DNA of 64,000 nucleotides from IMG/VR virus record IMGVR_UViG_3300029305_005079; one strand, 5' to 3'. A model generated the notes under the pieces. The model did not search any database and was not told where the DNA came from. It was given only the letters and a program-made list of their open reading frames with translations. Source of the stretch: an uncultured virus (IMG/VR IMGVR_UViG_3300029305_005079) (taxonomy: Duplodnaviria > Heunggongvirae > Uroviricota > Caudoviricetes). Below are positions 50,851 to 62,122 of this stretch, piece after piece; position 1 is the stretch's first letter, and every line of letters begins with the position of its first letter. A program made the translations under genes and the position numbers.

Positions 50851-51888
50851 ATGGCTAACGGTATTTCTCCTACGCTATCTAATAATACTAGTTTAAACTT
50901 CTCTACAGAGTCTTCTGATATGAAGAAACTTATGAGAGCTCAGGGTATTTATGATAGATATGAAATGAACTGGCATAAAAAATTTGCCAGATTTGGAGTT
51001 CTTGATCCTTATAATACACTTACTAGAACGAGAGAATACGTCTTCATTACCAAACCAGATCTATGTATCTTAGATTCATCTGGCAAACTTCAAAGCGTTC
51101 TCTCTCAGAGTGCATTTTTTAATGATGTCGTAAAAAGATATAAACAGGGAGCGGCACAGTTGTGCTCCTCCTATAGTTCTGGCGATGGTCCATTTATGAC
51201 CATTCTATCAAATGCATTAACTTCCCATTTAGATATTCCTGGTATTTCTGCTCAGATGATAGAGACTGCCGGAAATGTTTATGGAACAAAAATTTCTTAC
51301 AGAGGAACATCGATCCAATCAGATCAAGATCATGATTTTTCTCTTGAGTTTGAAGAAACAAAACATCTCGATATTTATATGCTTTTCAGAATGTATGATG
51401 AGTATGAAAAGCTTAAATGGAGAGGAGCTATCGACTTTACAAAAGAGGCTACAGGTAGATGGCAGAATTATATTGTGAGTAAAGTACTCCATGATCAGGT
51501 TACAATGTATAAATTTGTTGTAGCTGATGATGGATATAGAATAGTATATTGGGCTAGAGTTACTGGATGCACACCCACATCTATTCCTAGAGATGCATTT
51601 AGTAATTTTGATGATCCTGTACAGCAGAAGATTACTGTTGGATGGAAGGGACATTTTGTAAGAGATATGGATCCTGTTATAATTCATCAGTTTAATAAGC
51701 TTGTGTTGCCTTATGTGACTACAAATAACGGTAATACTATGAAACCAGATTTGCCTTTATTTGATATGGATACTCATACTATAAATGGAGAATGGGCTAG
51801 TATGCCTTATATTGACGTAAGAAACGTAAACGATTCTCGTCGTGGAGAATCTGATAGACGTGAATACTATCTTAGGTGGACAAAATAA
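50851..51888 (+). CDS. putative tail-tube-fold/baseplate protein
   Basis: late promoter 50815-50826; EYVFITKPDL, GCTPTSIP; precedes the wedge gene. Confidence 0.55.
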   Translation: MANGISPTLSNNTSLNFSTESSDMKKLMRAQGIYDRYEMNWHKKFARFGVLDPYNTLTRTREYVFITKPDLCILDSSGKLQSVLSQSAFFNDVVKRYKQGAAQLCSSYSSGDGPFMTILSNALTSHLDIPGISAQMIETAGNVYGTKISYRGTSIQSDQDHDFSLEFEETKHLDIYMLFRMYDEYEKLKWRGAIDFTKEATGRWQNYIVSKVLHDQVTMYKFVVADDGYRIVYWARVTGCTPTSIPRDAFSNFDDPVQQKITVGWKGHFVRDMDPVIIHQFNKLVLPYVTTNNGNTMKPDLPLFDMDTHTINGEWASMPYIDVRNVNDSRRGESDRREYYLRWTK

Positions 51889-51906
51889 AGAAAGGAGGAA
51901 ATTATT

Positions 51907-54681
51907 ATGCCTGGAATAATTGATAAAAGTAAAAATCTTACCTCTGACGTGTATGGCATAAATAAATACGTAAATGAGATTAAGAAAGACTTTACTCCTG
52001 GAGTAAATGATGATACTCTTATGCTTGGAATCTTTGGATATACTGGACAAATCTTTTCAGATATGCTTCAGAATACTATTGTAATGGCATCTGAGTTTTC
52101 TAATGAATCTATTCCTACTAGAGCTAAATTTGAGAAAAATATTATTGCTCATGCTTTAGGGCTTGGAATTACAGATATTAATGCTGTTCCCGCAACTATG
52201 GATATTCTTTTAACCTTTGTCGAAAGAGATATCGAAAACCATGGTAATGTAGTGGACAAAGGTGATGGATGGACTTTTACATTTGATAAAGATATCCCTA
52301 TCTATATTGGAGATTTCGAATTCCATACAGATTATGATATCGAGATTAGTAAAGTAGAATACATTAACTCTGGTAAGCTCGATTCCTTTGCATATACCGC
52401 AAGATACAATATCGACATAGACAATCCTGTTTCAGATGTAACAAATCCTTACCTTAGCCCTCCTGTAAAGATTAATGTACGCGGAACTGATATTATCTTT
52501 ACCAAGTGCACAATCAGACAGGTTGAAAAGCAGACTATTCATAAGAAGGTTCTTAGCGATAACTCTATCGCTTCCAAAACAGTAACATTTGAATTCGAAG
52601 GTCAGCTTTCCGCATTTACAATTGATGTAACAGAGGGATCTAATACAACCCATCTTATTCCTGTATATGAAGGTCTTGCTGTAGAAGATAGAAAATATCC
52701 TCATTTCTATTACAGCTATCTTGACTCTCATACAATAAGAATTAAGTTTGATAGATCTTCTTATCAGCCTAGAATTAATAGCGACGTCCAGATTAATATT
52801 CAGACTACACAGGGAGAAAAAGGTAACTTCACATATGATCCAAACTATTATCCTATTGGGAATGCTGAATCTGAAAAGTTTGGATATGCAAACGTCGCTT
52901 TTGAAATCAGACCTGTAACAGGAGAAGCTGCTAATGGTACAGACAAGAAGTCTATCGAAACGCTTAAGCAGCTTATTCCTAAAGAAGCAGTTTCGAGAGG
53001 TAGTATTACAAACATTTCAGACTTGGAAAACTTCTTTAATATGCTTAATACTGATAATTCTATTCTCTATTTCTATAAAAAGAGAGATAATGCATTGGAA
53101 AGATTATATCACTCTTTCATTATTATGAGAGATGCATATAATGTGATCATTCCTACAAATACTATTGATCTCAAGATTCCCAAGGGAGAGGTCGATGAAT
53201 CTCTTAAACAGATTATCAAGAAAGACCAATGTTTTAAGCTTGTAAATGATATTGGAATTCCTGCGGACATTGCTACTGTATCTGAAGAATACGATGCGAA
53301 TAGCTTTACCTATGTAATTCCTTATAATCTTATTATCAACGACCAACCGCTTTATACGATGTATACACTTACCGTAATCGATTTGAAGAAATTCTTAGAC
53401 TTCTCGTATATTAATGGAAATTGTATATATCAGTATATTGCTACAAGTATTAGCCTTAATAGAGGATACAGACAAGATCCTAATAAATATTCAATTTCAA
53501 TTAATTTTGAGCAGAATATTGATGATAGAGGTATTTCTGAAACTCAAGAGGCTAATCCTATCAGAGTTATCGCTGTATTCTATAATGTAGAGAATGGTAC
53601 CGAGACTCCTCTAAGATGGGCAGAAGCAAAGCCTATCGGAGATCCTAATGAGGCCAATATCTATAATTATAGATTTGAATTCACAACAGATGACTATATT
53701 GATATAAATAACAGAATCAGAATTACTGAAGGTATGTATGATTTTAATCTTTCTGGAAATTTTATTCCTAGTAGTACAAAATACGGTACTCAGGTAGATG
53801 AAGAAACCGGAGAGACAAGCTTTGTATGGCCAGAAGGTAAAGACGGTGATTGTGTTAATATCGAAGGTACAACTTATAGATTCGCAGATGGTGAATGGAA
53901 ACCTTATTATAGCTATGCTCATATGCAAGCTAATACTAAGTGCGTAATCCATATTCTTTCTAAACAGGATGGAAAAGATTTTGGTCTTAACGGACTAGAC
54001 CAACTTATTCCTAATATTGGAGGATATAGCTTATCCAATAGCTATACTGTACTTGATGGTGTGGACTTCTTCTATGACTATTCTAACGTCATTAGTTCTA
54101 CTGTAACTGTAGATAAGGATAAAGAAACTGGAGAAGAGTTCTACACAATTGAAAAGGTTCCTGTAGTTAAGTATGATTATTTTACCGAAGAAGGAAAAGC
54201 TATCGACTTCTGTAAAGAGCTTATGCAGCGTAAGACTTATATAGATTATGCCATTCAAGTTCTTGAAGATGCTTTCGAAATGAACTTTAAATTCTTCAAT
54301 ACTTATGGACCTTCTAAACTCTTTACTATTGATACTGAAGGTACACTTCTTAATAGAACGAATCTTAGTCTTACATTTAGACTTAAGCTTCGCGCTAATT
54401 ATGATACGAATATCACTAATATGATCATCGATGATATCAAGACATATATAGAGGATATTAATAGTATCAATACTATTCACATGCCCAATCTCGTGTCAGA
54501 GATTATCAATAAATATTCAGAGTCTATAGAGTATTTTGAATTCATAGATCTCAATGGTTATGGATACAATGTACAGCATCTGTACTCTCTTGATATGCCC
54601 GATGAGGTTATTGTCCCCGAGTTTGTTAATATCTCTGCTCTAGATGATGGAATTCCCGATATAACCTTGATTTTGATGTAA
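51907..54681 (+). CDS. baseplate wedge protein (T4 gp6-like)
   Basis: SNESIPTRAK...IIAHA, TTQGEKGN, GTDKKSIETLK...SRGSITNISDL. Confidence 0.75.
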   Translation: MPGIIDKSKNLTSDVYGINKYVNEIKKDFTPGVNDDTLMLGIFGYTGQIFSDMLQNTIVMASEFSNESIPTRAKFEKNIIAHALGLGITDINAVPATMDILLTFVERDIENHGNVVDKGDGWTFTFDKDIPIYIGDFEFHTDYDIEISKVEYINSGKLDSFAYTARYNIDIDNPVSDVTNPYLSPPVKINVRGTDIIFTKCTIRQVEKQTIHKKVLSDNSIASKTVTFEFEGQLSAFTIDVTEGSNTTHLIPVYEGLAVEDRKYPHFYYSYLDSHTIRIKFDRSSYQPRINSDVQINIQTTQGEKGNFTYDPNYYPIGNAESEKFGYANVAFEIRPVTGEAANGTDKKSIETLKQLIPKEAVSRGSITNISDLENFFNMLNTDNSILYFYKKRDNALERLYHSFIIMRDAYNVIIPTNTIDLKIPKGEVDESLKQIIKKDQCFKLVNDIGIPADIATVSEEYDANSFTYVIPYNLIINDQPLYTMYTLTVIDLKKFLDFSYINGNCIYQYIATSISLNRGYRQDPNKYSISINFEQNIDDRGISETQEANPIRVIAVFYNVENGTETPLRWAEAKPIGDPNEANIYNYRFEFTTDDYIDINNRIRITEGMYDFNLSGNFIPSSTKYGTQVDEETGETSFVWPEGKDGDCVNIEGTTYRFADGEWKPYYSYAHMQANTKCVIHILSKQDGKDFGLNGLDQLIPNIGGYSLSNSYTVLDGVDFFYDYSNVISSTVTVDKDKETGEEFYTIEKVPVVKYDYFTEEGKAIDFCKELMQRKTYIDYAIQVLEDAFEMNFKFFNTYGPSKLFTIDTEGTLLNRTNLSLTFRLKLRANYDTNITNMIIDDIKTYIEDINSINTIHMPNLVSEIINKYSESIEYFEFIDLNGYGYNVQHLYSLDMPDEVIVPEFVNISALDDGIPDITLILM

Positions 54682-54720
54682 TAGCAACATTATAATAAAT
54701 TATTAAGGAGGTAAGCTATC

Positions 54721-55662
54721 ATGTATACTAACGATTACAAGCTTTCCGACAAACAGATTAGAGCAAATAAGGCTTTTGTCGAAGCTGCAATTGATACTTA
54801 TAATGAAAGTAATAAAGTCGCAAAGACTATATATGAAACCAAATTCCAGCAGGATGCTGCTGTAGTACTTGAGCATACTATGAGTAGAGAAGGTCGTCTT
54901 AATAGATATAGATCTTTCATTGAGACAGTAAGATCTTCTCTTGTAGTAGAATGCATGTACAATATTCTCGAAAATGCACTCGAGCCTAATAAGAGAGATC
55001 TTACGAATACTTCCATTCTTCGAGCTATGTGCAGCCAGTATGTAATGGAAAATGGTTATGATAATATTCTCAATAGAATGAGAACTGCATCTGTAACCAC
55101 TTCTGAAATGTATAAGCTTATTATGGAGACTGCCGATAGAATGGTTGAAGCTGCAAATCCTGATGAGCCTGATACGTTTGTTGTACAGCCCGAGATGAAG
55201 GATGACTTCTTTAAGTCTCTTAATTATAGCGATTCCCAGGAGATTTCCGATGCTATCAAGGATCGCGTATCTGCTGCTATGGATGATTTTGTAACGGCAA
55301 ATACTAAGGATCATGAAGATATCGAAACAGCTCTTCAGCAAGCTCAGGAGAAGATTCAGGCTACCCCTGACGATCAGGAAGGTCTTAAGGAATCTTATGA
55401 TCATTTTGCTAAACAGAAGATTTCTAAGATTAGAAATGCTCCTAAGGGCGTTCTTCATAGCATGGTTTCTGCAATGTGTGAAAGTGTTCTTAAGAACCCT
55501 GATGTGCATGCTGAATTTATGAATGAAGGTCACCTTGATGTGGCTAAGATCGTAGACAGAGTTTCTCTTATGTATACATTTATGGAAATGCTCAATACTT
55601 CTAGACTTGAGAAGGTTGATACAGCATTTGTAGAAAATGTAATTTCCGATCTTAAGAAATAA
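54721..55662 (+). CDS. putative virion structural protein
   Basis: late promoter 54686-54697; RBS AGGAGGT. Confidence 0.6.
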   Translation: MYTNDYKLSDKQIRANKAFVEAAIDTYNESNKVAKTIYETKFQQDAAVVLEHTMSREGRLNRYRSFIETVRSSLVVECMYNILENALEPNKRDLTNTSILRAMCSQYVMENGYDNILNRMRTASVTTSEMYKLIMETADRMVEAANPDEPDTFVVQPEMKDDFFKSLNYSDSQEISDAIKDRVSAAMDDFVTANTKDHEDIETALQQAQEKIQATPDDQEGLKESYDHFAKQKISKIRNAPKGVLHSMVSAMCESVLKNPDVHAEFMNEGHLDVAKIVDRVSLMYTFMEMLNTSRLEKVDTAFVENVISDLKK

Positions 55663-55702
55663 AAATAAGGATCCAGATACCATGATTGGTATCTGGATCT
55701 TT

Positions 55703-56182
55703 TTATAGTTTAATAAGTAAAATATTATCTCCCAAGCAAGAGATTCCACAGATATTATTGAGACAATAAATATCTGAATATAAATTATTAATATATTGAG
55801 AAATTGCAACCTCATCATTACCTACGCGCTCTTTGAGGTATTGTCTGATGGGCACAATATTTGCATCTACAAATTCCTTAAAAATTCCAGGAATTAGATG
55901 ATAGTAAAACATTGAATCGTGATTAAATCCACGAATCTTTCTCATTGAAGTCTTTTTAATTTTTATAGTAAAAGTATATGCAAGATTATCGTATTCTACG
56001 CTTAGACAATCGATATTTCTATTAATGATTTGATTAAGCTGTTCTATATATACAGGATTGCTATAAAAATATTTAAAAAGAATGTAACGAATATGATGCA
56101 CGATATTCATATTATCGTGATGAATAGCATGTGTTGCATTCATGAAAATCATCCTCCAATCATTTAAAATACTGTAAATCAA
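55703..56182 (-). CDS. hypothetical protein
   Basis: ORF; start likely about 56143-56152. Confidence 0.6.
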   Translation of the reverse strand: MIYSILNDWRMIFMNATHAIHHDNMNIVHHIRYILFKYFYSNPVYIEQLNQIINRNIDCLSVEYDNLAYTFTIKIKKTSMRKIRGFNHDSMFYYHLIPGIFKEFVDANIVPIRQYLKERVGNDEVAISQYINNLYSDIYCLNNICGISCLGDNILLIKL

Positions 56183-56873
56183 AGTCAGTATTATAATCAG
56201 TACGATTAGTAATACTAGCGTATTGATGTTTGTTGTAAACCATATTCAAATACTTTATACGAATCTCCACTCTTGGAAGAACCGAATAAAATCTATGAAT
56301 AGAACCATCAACTACTAATGTATCGTCAAGCCAAACATTGGCATTAAACATATCTGAATATTTCTTTCCGATATTATCCCAGTCTGGTTTCGATATAGGT
56401 CGATGTAATCCAATTTCTGCCAGTATTGTATCTTCTCTATTATAATAAGAAGGAGTTTTCATAAATGCATAGATATCAATAATGCATGGTGTACATATCA
56501 TTTTATCTAAAGCATCGAAATCTTCTTGGCTCATCAATCTCTTCATAAATACGTTATCTTCATGTCCTGTAAGTGAATATACATGGACAAAATTTGGATT
56601 GGCTAATGCCATATTAGAAAGATTAGACCTATTTACAATTCTAAATCGTGGACGAGGTGATCCTTCAGGAACCTCGAATAGAATAATTTCAGTATCTATA
56701 TAATTTAAACTCGATATCATCATATCTCTTTTGTGAAGAATCTCAAACGCTTGTCGTTCTGAAATCTTTAATTTATCATATAACCACGCAAGACGTTCTT
56801 TATAGTCTATAGGAATTTCTCCATACTTATTAACGTAGTCATCATGTTTTTGATTTCGAGTTTTACGTTTCAT
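56160..56873 (-). CDS. rusA: RusA-like Holliday junction resolvase
   Basis: PEGSPRPR; KPDWDNIGKKYSDMFN...WLDDTLV. Confidence 0.85.
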   Translation of the reverse strand: MKRKTRNQKHDDYVNKYGEIPIDYKERLAWLYDKLKISERQAFEILHKRDMMISSLNYIDTEIILFEVPEGSPRPRFRIVNRSNLSNMALANPNFVHVYSLTGHEDNVFMKRLMSQEDFDALDKMICTPCIIDIYAFMKTPSYYNREDTILAEIGLHRPISKPDWDNIGKKYSDMFNANVWLDDTLVVDGSIHRFYSVLPRVEIRIKYLNMVYNKHQYASITNRTDYNTDFDLQYFK

Positions 56874-56965
56874 ACCTTGTTATCACCACTCTTTAAACAA
56901 ATAAGGATACGGGATCTCTCCCGTATCCTTTATTCTTTTGTTTCAGATCTTGTAAAATCTTAAAA

Positions 56966-58969
56966 CTATCTGTAAATTCCCATAATGAGATTTTGAATTT
57001 TCTGTTGTATACCACCCCAAATATTAACTTCGAAGAAGTCTGCAACTCTATTTTCAAAGTTGTTGGTATACCACATGTCAATCAAACGAGTAATTTCTGG
57101 TTTAAAGATATTGATACCACAAAGATTCGCAATATAATCCATAAGGACTGTATTATTTAACGTATCATACTTAAGACCATCAGTACTATTTGTTTCAGTA
57201 ATACTTAGCATATTATAAAGATCCTTAATACCAATATCGACCTCTATAGATGTAGGCACACCTTCAGGAGTCCATTGACATTCTGCACCTTTATTAACAC
57301 TCATAGATTCGATAATACCCATGTCTATATTAAAGAATCCTTTATAGACAGCTCTAACAAGGAATGGGTTCGTATATCCATTAGGATTGGCCACTTTATC
57401 TATATAAGACATTTGCGGTGCTACAAGACCAAGCAAATGGAATAGTGGTACAAGCACATTTAAGAATACGCTTAAGTTAGAGCAATCTGGAGATATAAAT
57501 TTGAATCTTACATTAAAACTTCTTGAATAAGAAGAGTCAGACCAAATTTCGGGGAATACGAGTTTACCTCCAGAAGCTACTGTTACCAGATGGCTACCAA
57601 GATTGGAGAAGAATCCACCACTACCAACAAGTTTGGTGGCCAAATCTGTTACATTATTAAGACTTTCTGCTATACTGGTATCACTCATTATAGTATCGAT
57701 ACTCTTACTTCCAGCTCCATACCCAAGAAGGAAATTCAATTCTTTAGCCATATCGGACACACCATTAACGGTGGAGGCTAACTGAGACTGAGTTGTAGAG
57801 TTTCCAAAACTTTCTGAAATGGAAGTATCCGTATCTACATAAAAAGGAATAGCTAAATAATTACCAAAATCGGCTATGGAAGAAATACCGCTTTTAGTCA
57901 TTGTCTCCCAGTTAAAATTATCTAGCTTAGTTCCATTTATTTTTACATTTTGTATGTTTAAATACCTTGCAGCAATACGACACATAGGATTTACGAACTT
58001 ATAATACCTTGTCTGATCATATTCAAATGTATAATAACGTCCATCGGAATTTAATAAATCGCTAAGCGATGCTGATTCCTGATCAGATCCCATTTGAATA
58101 AGTTTTTCCATTATATTCTGCTTTTCAGCATTAGAATACTTGGTCATAAAAGAAGCTTTGCCGGGTGATAAAAATAGAAGTGGAATTCTTTCTATAATCT
58201 TTTCCGCATATTCATAACCGATGTTTTCTGTTTTTTCCGAACCATCAAGTCTTAAATCCGCGGTAGGTAAAAATTGATATGGGAGCCCGAATACTCCAGA
58301 AACATTAGAGATTTTTACAAATTCAGAATCTGATACGTTATGATTTGACTCCGAAAGTATATCTCCAGTAGAAGGTCTATAACCAGATCCATCACCCTGA
58401 GTTTGAGCATTACTTGTATACTGCGTAGTATTCATTGTAGCCTGTGTTACAAGCGATGGATCTACACCTTTAGATGTAATCTGTTTCATTGGATCTGTTA
58501 AATATGGGAGTGGATCTACAGTACCAGTTCTCGTTCCATTGTTGTAAATGTCTATTTGGAAATGCAAATGATTACCTGTAGAATATCCTGTGGTTCCCAT
58601 TATACCTATTGCAAATCCTTTTGTAACAACATCTCCAACTTTTAGATGTTTATTAGAACCGTAAGCTAGATGAAAATATCTAGATACCATTCCATTACCA
58701 TGATCTATGTCAACTCGATTACCCGCTGTCTGATTAACAGTGTCAAGACCCGGGCAATCAGTATAAATACTTTTTATCGTTCCATCGGCTATCGCTACTA
58801 TTGTAGGACTAGCCATATTTGGATGCACAAGATCTACACCCTTATGAAATGATGCAGCTCCAGAAATAGGATCACTTCTATTGCCATAATGAGAGGTTAC
58901 TCTTACGACACTAGTGGATTCTTTGAAAACCGCACAATAATTATTTATAGCTTTATAATCTGTTGCCAT
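56966..58969 (-). CDS. virion protein: N-terminal M23 peptidase fused to a tail-tube-initiator/baseplate-like domain
   Basis: HKGVD, YFHL, MGTTGYSTGNHLHF, VDPLPYL; C-terminal FPEIWSDSSYSRSF...PFLV...GII. Confidence 0.8.
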   Translation of the reverse strand: MATDYKAINNYCAVFKESTSVVRVTSHYGNRSDPISGAASFHKGVDLVHPNMASPTIVAIADGTIKSIYTDCPGLDTVNQTAGNRVDIDHGNGMVSRYFHLAYGSNKHLKVGDVVTKGFAIGIMGTTGYSTGNHLHFQIDIYNNGTRTGTVDPLPYLTDPMKQITSKGVDPSLVTQATMNTTQYTSNAQTQGDGSGYRPSTGDILSESNHNVSDSEFVKISNVSGVFGLPYQFLPTADLRLDGSEKTENIGYEYAEKIIERIPLLFLSPGKASFMTKYSNAEKQNIMEKLIQMGSDQESASLSDLLNSDGRYYTFEYDQTRYYKFVNPMCRIAARYLNIQNVKINGTKLDNFNWETMTKSGISSIADFGNYLAIPFYVDTDTSISESFGNSTTQSQLASTVNGVSDMAKELNFLLGYGAGSKSIDTIMSDTSIAESLNNVTDLATKLVGSGGFFSNLGSHLVTVASGGKLVFPEIWSDSSYSRSFNVRFKFISPDCSNLSVFLNVLVPLFHLLGLVAPQMSYIDKVANPNGYTNPFLVRAVYKGFFNIDMGIIESMSVNKGAECQWTPEGVPTSIEVDIGIKDLYNMLSITETNSTDGLKYDTLNNTVLMDYIANLCGINIFKPEITRLIDMWYTNNFENRVADFFEVNIWGGIQQKIQNLIMGIYR

Positions 58970-58995
58970 TGTTAGAGCACCTCCTTTTTACAAAA

Positions 58996-59997
58996 TTAGA
59001 ACTTGTTATGATCGCAACCGCAGTTACAATCAGGTTCATGAGTAAATGAAGGGTCCTGATAAATTACATCATTAGGCAACGGCGCTTGAACTAGAGTACA
59101 ATCTCTAATTTGGTCAAGCATAATAATTTCAAGATTACCATCGAACGTCTCAGAGGTATCTACAGTAATCTCTACCTTTCTTACAGGTGGCTCTTTCATA
59201 AAGTCCGTCTTATCATGTTTATTATAGTCATCATAGTATACATCATTATTCATACCCACATTTTCTCTAACGATATGAGGATTACGATCATGATGTGGAT
59301 GATGGTGATCATCGAGTTCACGAATACCTACAACCTTGACTCTACTCTCATAAATAGTCTTATGAGCTTCGTAAGCAAGATCATAGATACCGCCGACTTC
59401 AAGATCTACATATTTTACAGCTTCATCGAAATTATCATCGAAAATTTCAAGTCTAATAATAATGGCTCTTACAATAGTAGCCGAAATTCCAAGAATCATA
59501 ACTTTAGTTCCTCCTTTACGTTTATCATCTTCTGGTTTCTTGTCCGGATTATTTCCCTGAATATATAATACATCCATAATATTTGCGATAGGAATAAAAT
59601 AAATTTCAGGGTCATCATATTTAGACGTATCCGGAGGATTTAAAATACAATTACAAGTAGGCATAGGAGCAGCATTTTGTTGAGGCTTATTGTATTTCTC
59701 GCAAGTATTTTTCTTATCACAAGATTTACAATCTACAACAGTTTTCTGCTCTACAACCTTTAATTTAATTTGGTCTTCATATACATTCATAACAAGACCG
59801 GTTAATATTTTTCTCACCCCATATATAGCATCATAGAAAGAGATCTGATATTCCATTCCTGGAAATATCATGATCTCTTTCGTATTAGTGCCTTGGAGTG
59901 ATAGGTTTAAGTACTCTTTAATCTCACTTCTTGCCACCACGGGCTGAACGAGACTTCTTTGCTGACTTGGATTTGACCAAATGAGGGTTTTGTGCAT
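58996..59997 (-). CDS. hypothetical late protein (Cys/His-rich)
   Basis: 333-aa ORF overlapping the upstream gene; RBS GGAGG. Confidence 0.65.
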   Translation of the reverse strand: MHKTLIWSNPSQQRSLVQPVVARSEIKEYLNLSLQGTNTKEIMIFPGMEYQISFYDAIYGVRKILTGLVMNVYEDQIKLKVVEQKTVVDCKSCDKKNTCEKYNKPQQNAAPMPTCNCILNPPDTSKYDDPEIYFIPIANIMDVLYIQGNNPDKKPEDDKRKGGTKVMILGISATIVRAIIIRLEIFDDNFDEAVKYVDLEVGGIYDLAYEAHKTIYESRVKVVGIRELDDHHHPHHDRNPHIVRENVGMNNDVYYDDYNKHDKTDFMKEPPVRKVEITVDTSETFDGNLEIIMLDQIRDCTLVQAPLPNDVIYQDPSFTHEPDCNCGCDHNKF

Positions 59998-61210
59998 AGA
60001 ATACAGCCTCCTTATCTCTAATCAAGGCGATAATATCGCAGATATTATTAATAAGTTCGGCAGCGAAAGATGTTTTGGCTTCCTGGGTATGCTTAAGCAT
60101 AATGATATTCTTGGTCAGATAATACATATATGCAGCATGAATTACATTGTTTCCATCCATGCCAAAAGCACTATGAGTAAGCAGAATAGAGAACTTTTCG
60201 ATATCGGTCTTGGTGATCTTCATATCTACAAGTCTCTGTACAAGTTCAGGAACCTCTACCCCAGTTCCAATATAATAATTTATTTGTTCTGCAGGATCTG
60301 CGATAAGAACCTTCTCAAGAACTATAGGAAGGTCTCTTACATCATACATCTTAAACTTACTATCCACATTGATTCTATTAAATGAATCAAGTGATCTCTT
60401 ATATTCGGTTTCATTTCTACGAACAGCCTTAAATACATGATTATTTTCAAAAGAATAAATAGCTCTAAGACGTTCAAGAGTATAAGCTTTAGTGAATTCA
60501 TCCTTAACCTGAGCAAGCATTTCTGCCTTTTCAGGATGTTCATCCTTGATCTTTTCGATCATTTCAGGAATATTCTTTTCCATAGTATCTCTAGTATGCT
60601 CTGTATAGAGGTCTACGATACTAGGCATATTTAAAGCTTCATTAAGTGCCTTCTCAAAATCTACAAATACAGCATTAACTTCAGCGGTATTCATAAACTC
60701 TCCAAGGATCATTCTAGCGACAGCATTTCTATTGCTTACACCGATACCAGCTTCAAGCATAAGTTTATCGATCGTATCTCTAAACTTCTTAGGAAGTGCA
60801 GAATATACATCAAGAGAAGGATCATTCTTGTAAGAAGTAGCAAGTCTAATAAACTCATATGCTTCCTCATCGGAAATCTCGTCTCCCTTTTCATTAGCTT
60901 TCATAGAAGCTTTAATAGAGTTTACCAGCTTTTCCTGCTTGGCTTCTTCATACTTCTCTGGATCCATCGTATCGAATAGATCCATTTCATAATTCTCCAC
61001 CTGTTTTGCGATTACATCGATTTCATCCTCAACAGGAGCAGTTTCAAGAGCAGCTTCTTCATCTACTTTAACTTCATCCTTAAGATCGAGCATGGTATTT
61101 GCCCCCTCTACTTCAGATGCTGTTACGGCAATCTCTTCAATCTGCTCATCTGTAAGTTTCTTCTCGTTATCCATCTTGTCATTCTCCTTTATTATTAATT
61201 GTATTGTCAC
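59924..61210 (-). CDS. hypothetical late protein (start likely MDNEK at 61174)
   Basis: long ORF with acidic N-terminus. Confidence 0.7.
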   Translation of the reverse strand: MTIQLIIKENDKMDNEKKLTDEQIEEIAVTASEVEGANTMLDLKDEVKVDEEAALETAPVEDEIDVIAKQVENYEMDLFDTMDPEKYEEAKQEKLVNSIKASMKANEKGDEISDEEAYEFIRLATSYKNDPSLDVYSALPKKFRDTIDKLMLEAGIGVSNRNAVARMILGEFMNTAEVNAVFVDFEKALNEALNMPSIVDLYTEHTRDTMEKNIPEMIEKIKDEHPEKAEMLAQVKDEFTKAYTLERLRAIYSFENNHVFKAVRRNETEYKRSLDSFNRINVDSKFKMYDVRDLPIVLEKVLIADPAEQINYYIGTGVEVPELVQRLVDMKITKTDIEKFSILLTHSAFGMDGNNVIHAAYMYYLTKNIIMLKHTQEAKTSFAAELINNICDIIALIRDKEAVFYAQNPHLVKSKSAKKSRSARGGKK

Positions 61211-62009
61211 TGTTCATGAGCTTATCCATGTCATCTCCAGAAATGGTCTGATCATGAGCAATTGCAATTTCCTGCAATTTAAAACGAATAGCTGTGATTA
61301 CATCAGACCTGATATCGCTATTCAACACTCTTAGGTATGCATGCTGGAAGAAATCCTGCTGTGCAGATACAATAGTTAGATAGTATTTACACAACTCGGA
61401 GTTGCTTCCATAAATCATAGCAATGATTGTATGGAATGGAATATCCATTTGAGCGATTTCGGTTACCACCTGATCGATATTTGCATTAATAACAGCAAGT
61501 TTAATATCTTTATAGATCTTCTTTCCATAGATAGTAGAGCTATCTTTATTCTTCTTCATCTCAGAAAGATTAAGTGTATCGTAAATAGTTCCTCTTTCTT
61601 TGTAAATAAAATTAGCAAAGAAAGAAGTCATATTTGCAGTAAAGTTACAAACCATTAAATCATATAAATGGAATGCAGCAGAATATAGATCTACAGTATC
61701 ATCGATAGTAAAGTTGAGTTGGAATTCTCTACAAATAGTATCGATAATTTCTCTATAAGTATCATTACGAACTCTAAGAACTTCAGCATGACTATCAGAT
61801 CCATAATATTCTTCAATAGATTTAAAGTTTTGCTCCCAAGCTCCTACAACATTAGGCATTGCTGCAATCGGCACTCTAAGAAATCTAGCTTTGAGAGCTT
61901 CATCTACAATACTATATACAAACTCAGAGCTATAATGTGATAGCACTTCTGCTAGTTCATTCTCAGTTGTAACGTTATACATCTGAGAATTTGCGTTAAA
62001 ACTACTCAT
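61179..62009 (-). CDS. conserved hypothetical late protein
   Basis: RBS AAGGAG; late promoter 62038-62049. Confidence 0.7.
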   Translation of the reverse strand: MSSFNANSQMYNVTTENELAEVLSHYSSEFVYSIVDEALKARFLRVPIAAMPNVVGAWEQNFKSIEEYYGSDSHAEVLRVRNDTYREIIDTICREFQLNFTIDDTVDLYSAAFHLYDLMVCNFTANMTSFFANFIYKERGTIYDTLNLSEMKKNKDSSTIYGKKIYKDIKLAVINANIDQVVTEIAQMDIPFHTIIAMIYGSNSELCKYYLTIVSAQQDFFQHAYLRVLNSDIRSDVITAIRFKLQEIAIAHDQTISGDDMDKLMNSDNTINNKGE

Positions 62010-62122
62010 ATTTGATTCTCCTTTTATTATTGTATTTTAATCAAAAGTTCTAAGTGATATAAACATGGAAAATTTATAAAAAAAATAAAGAGAGGAGCAC
62101 CTTTGCTCCTCTCTTATATTAA

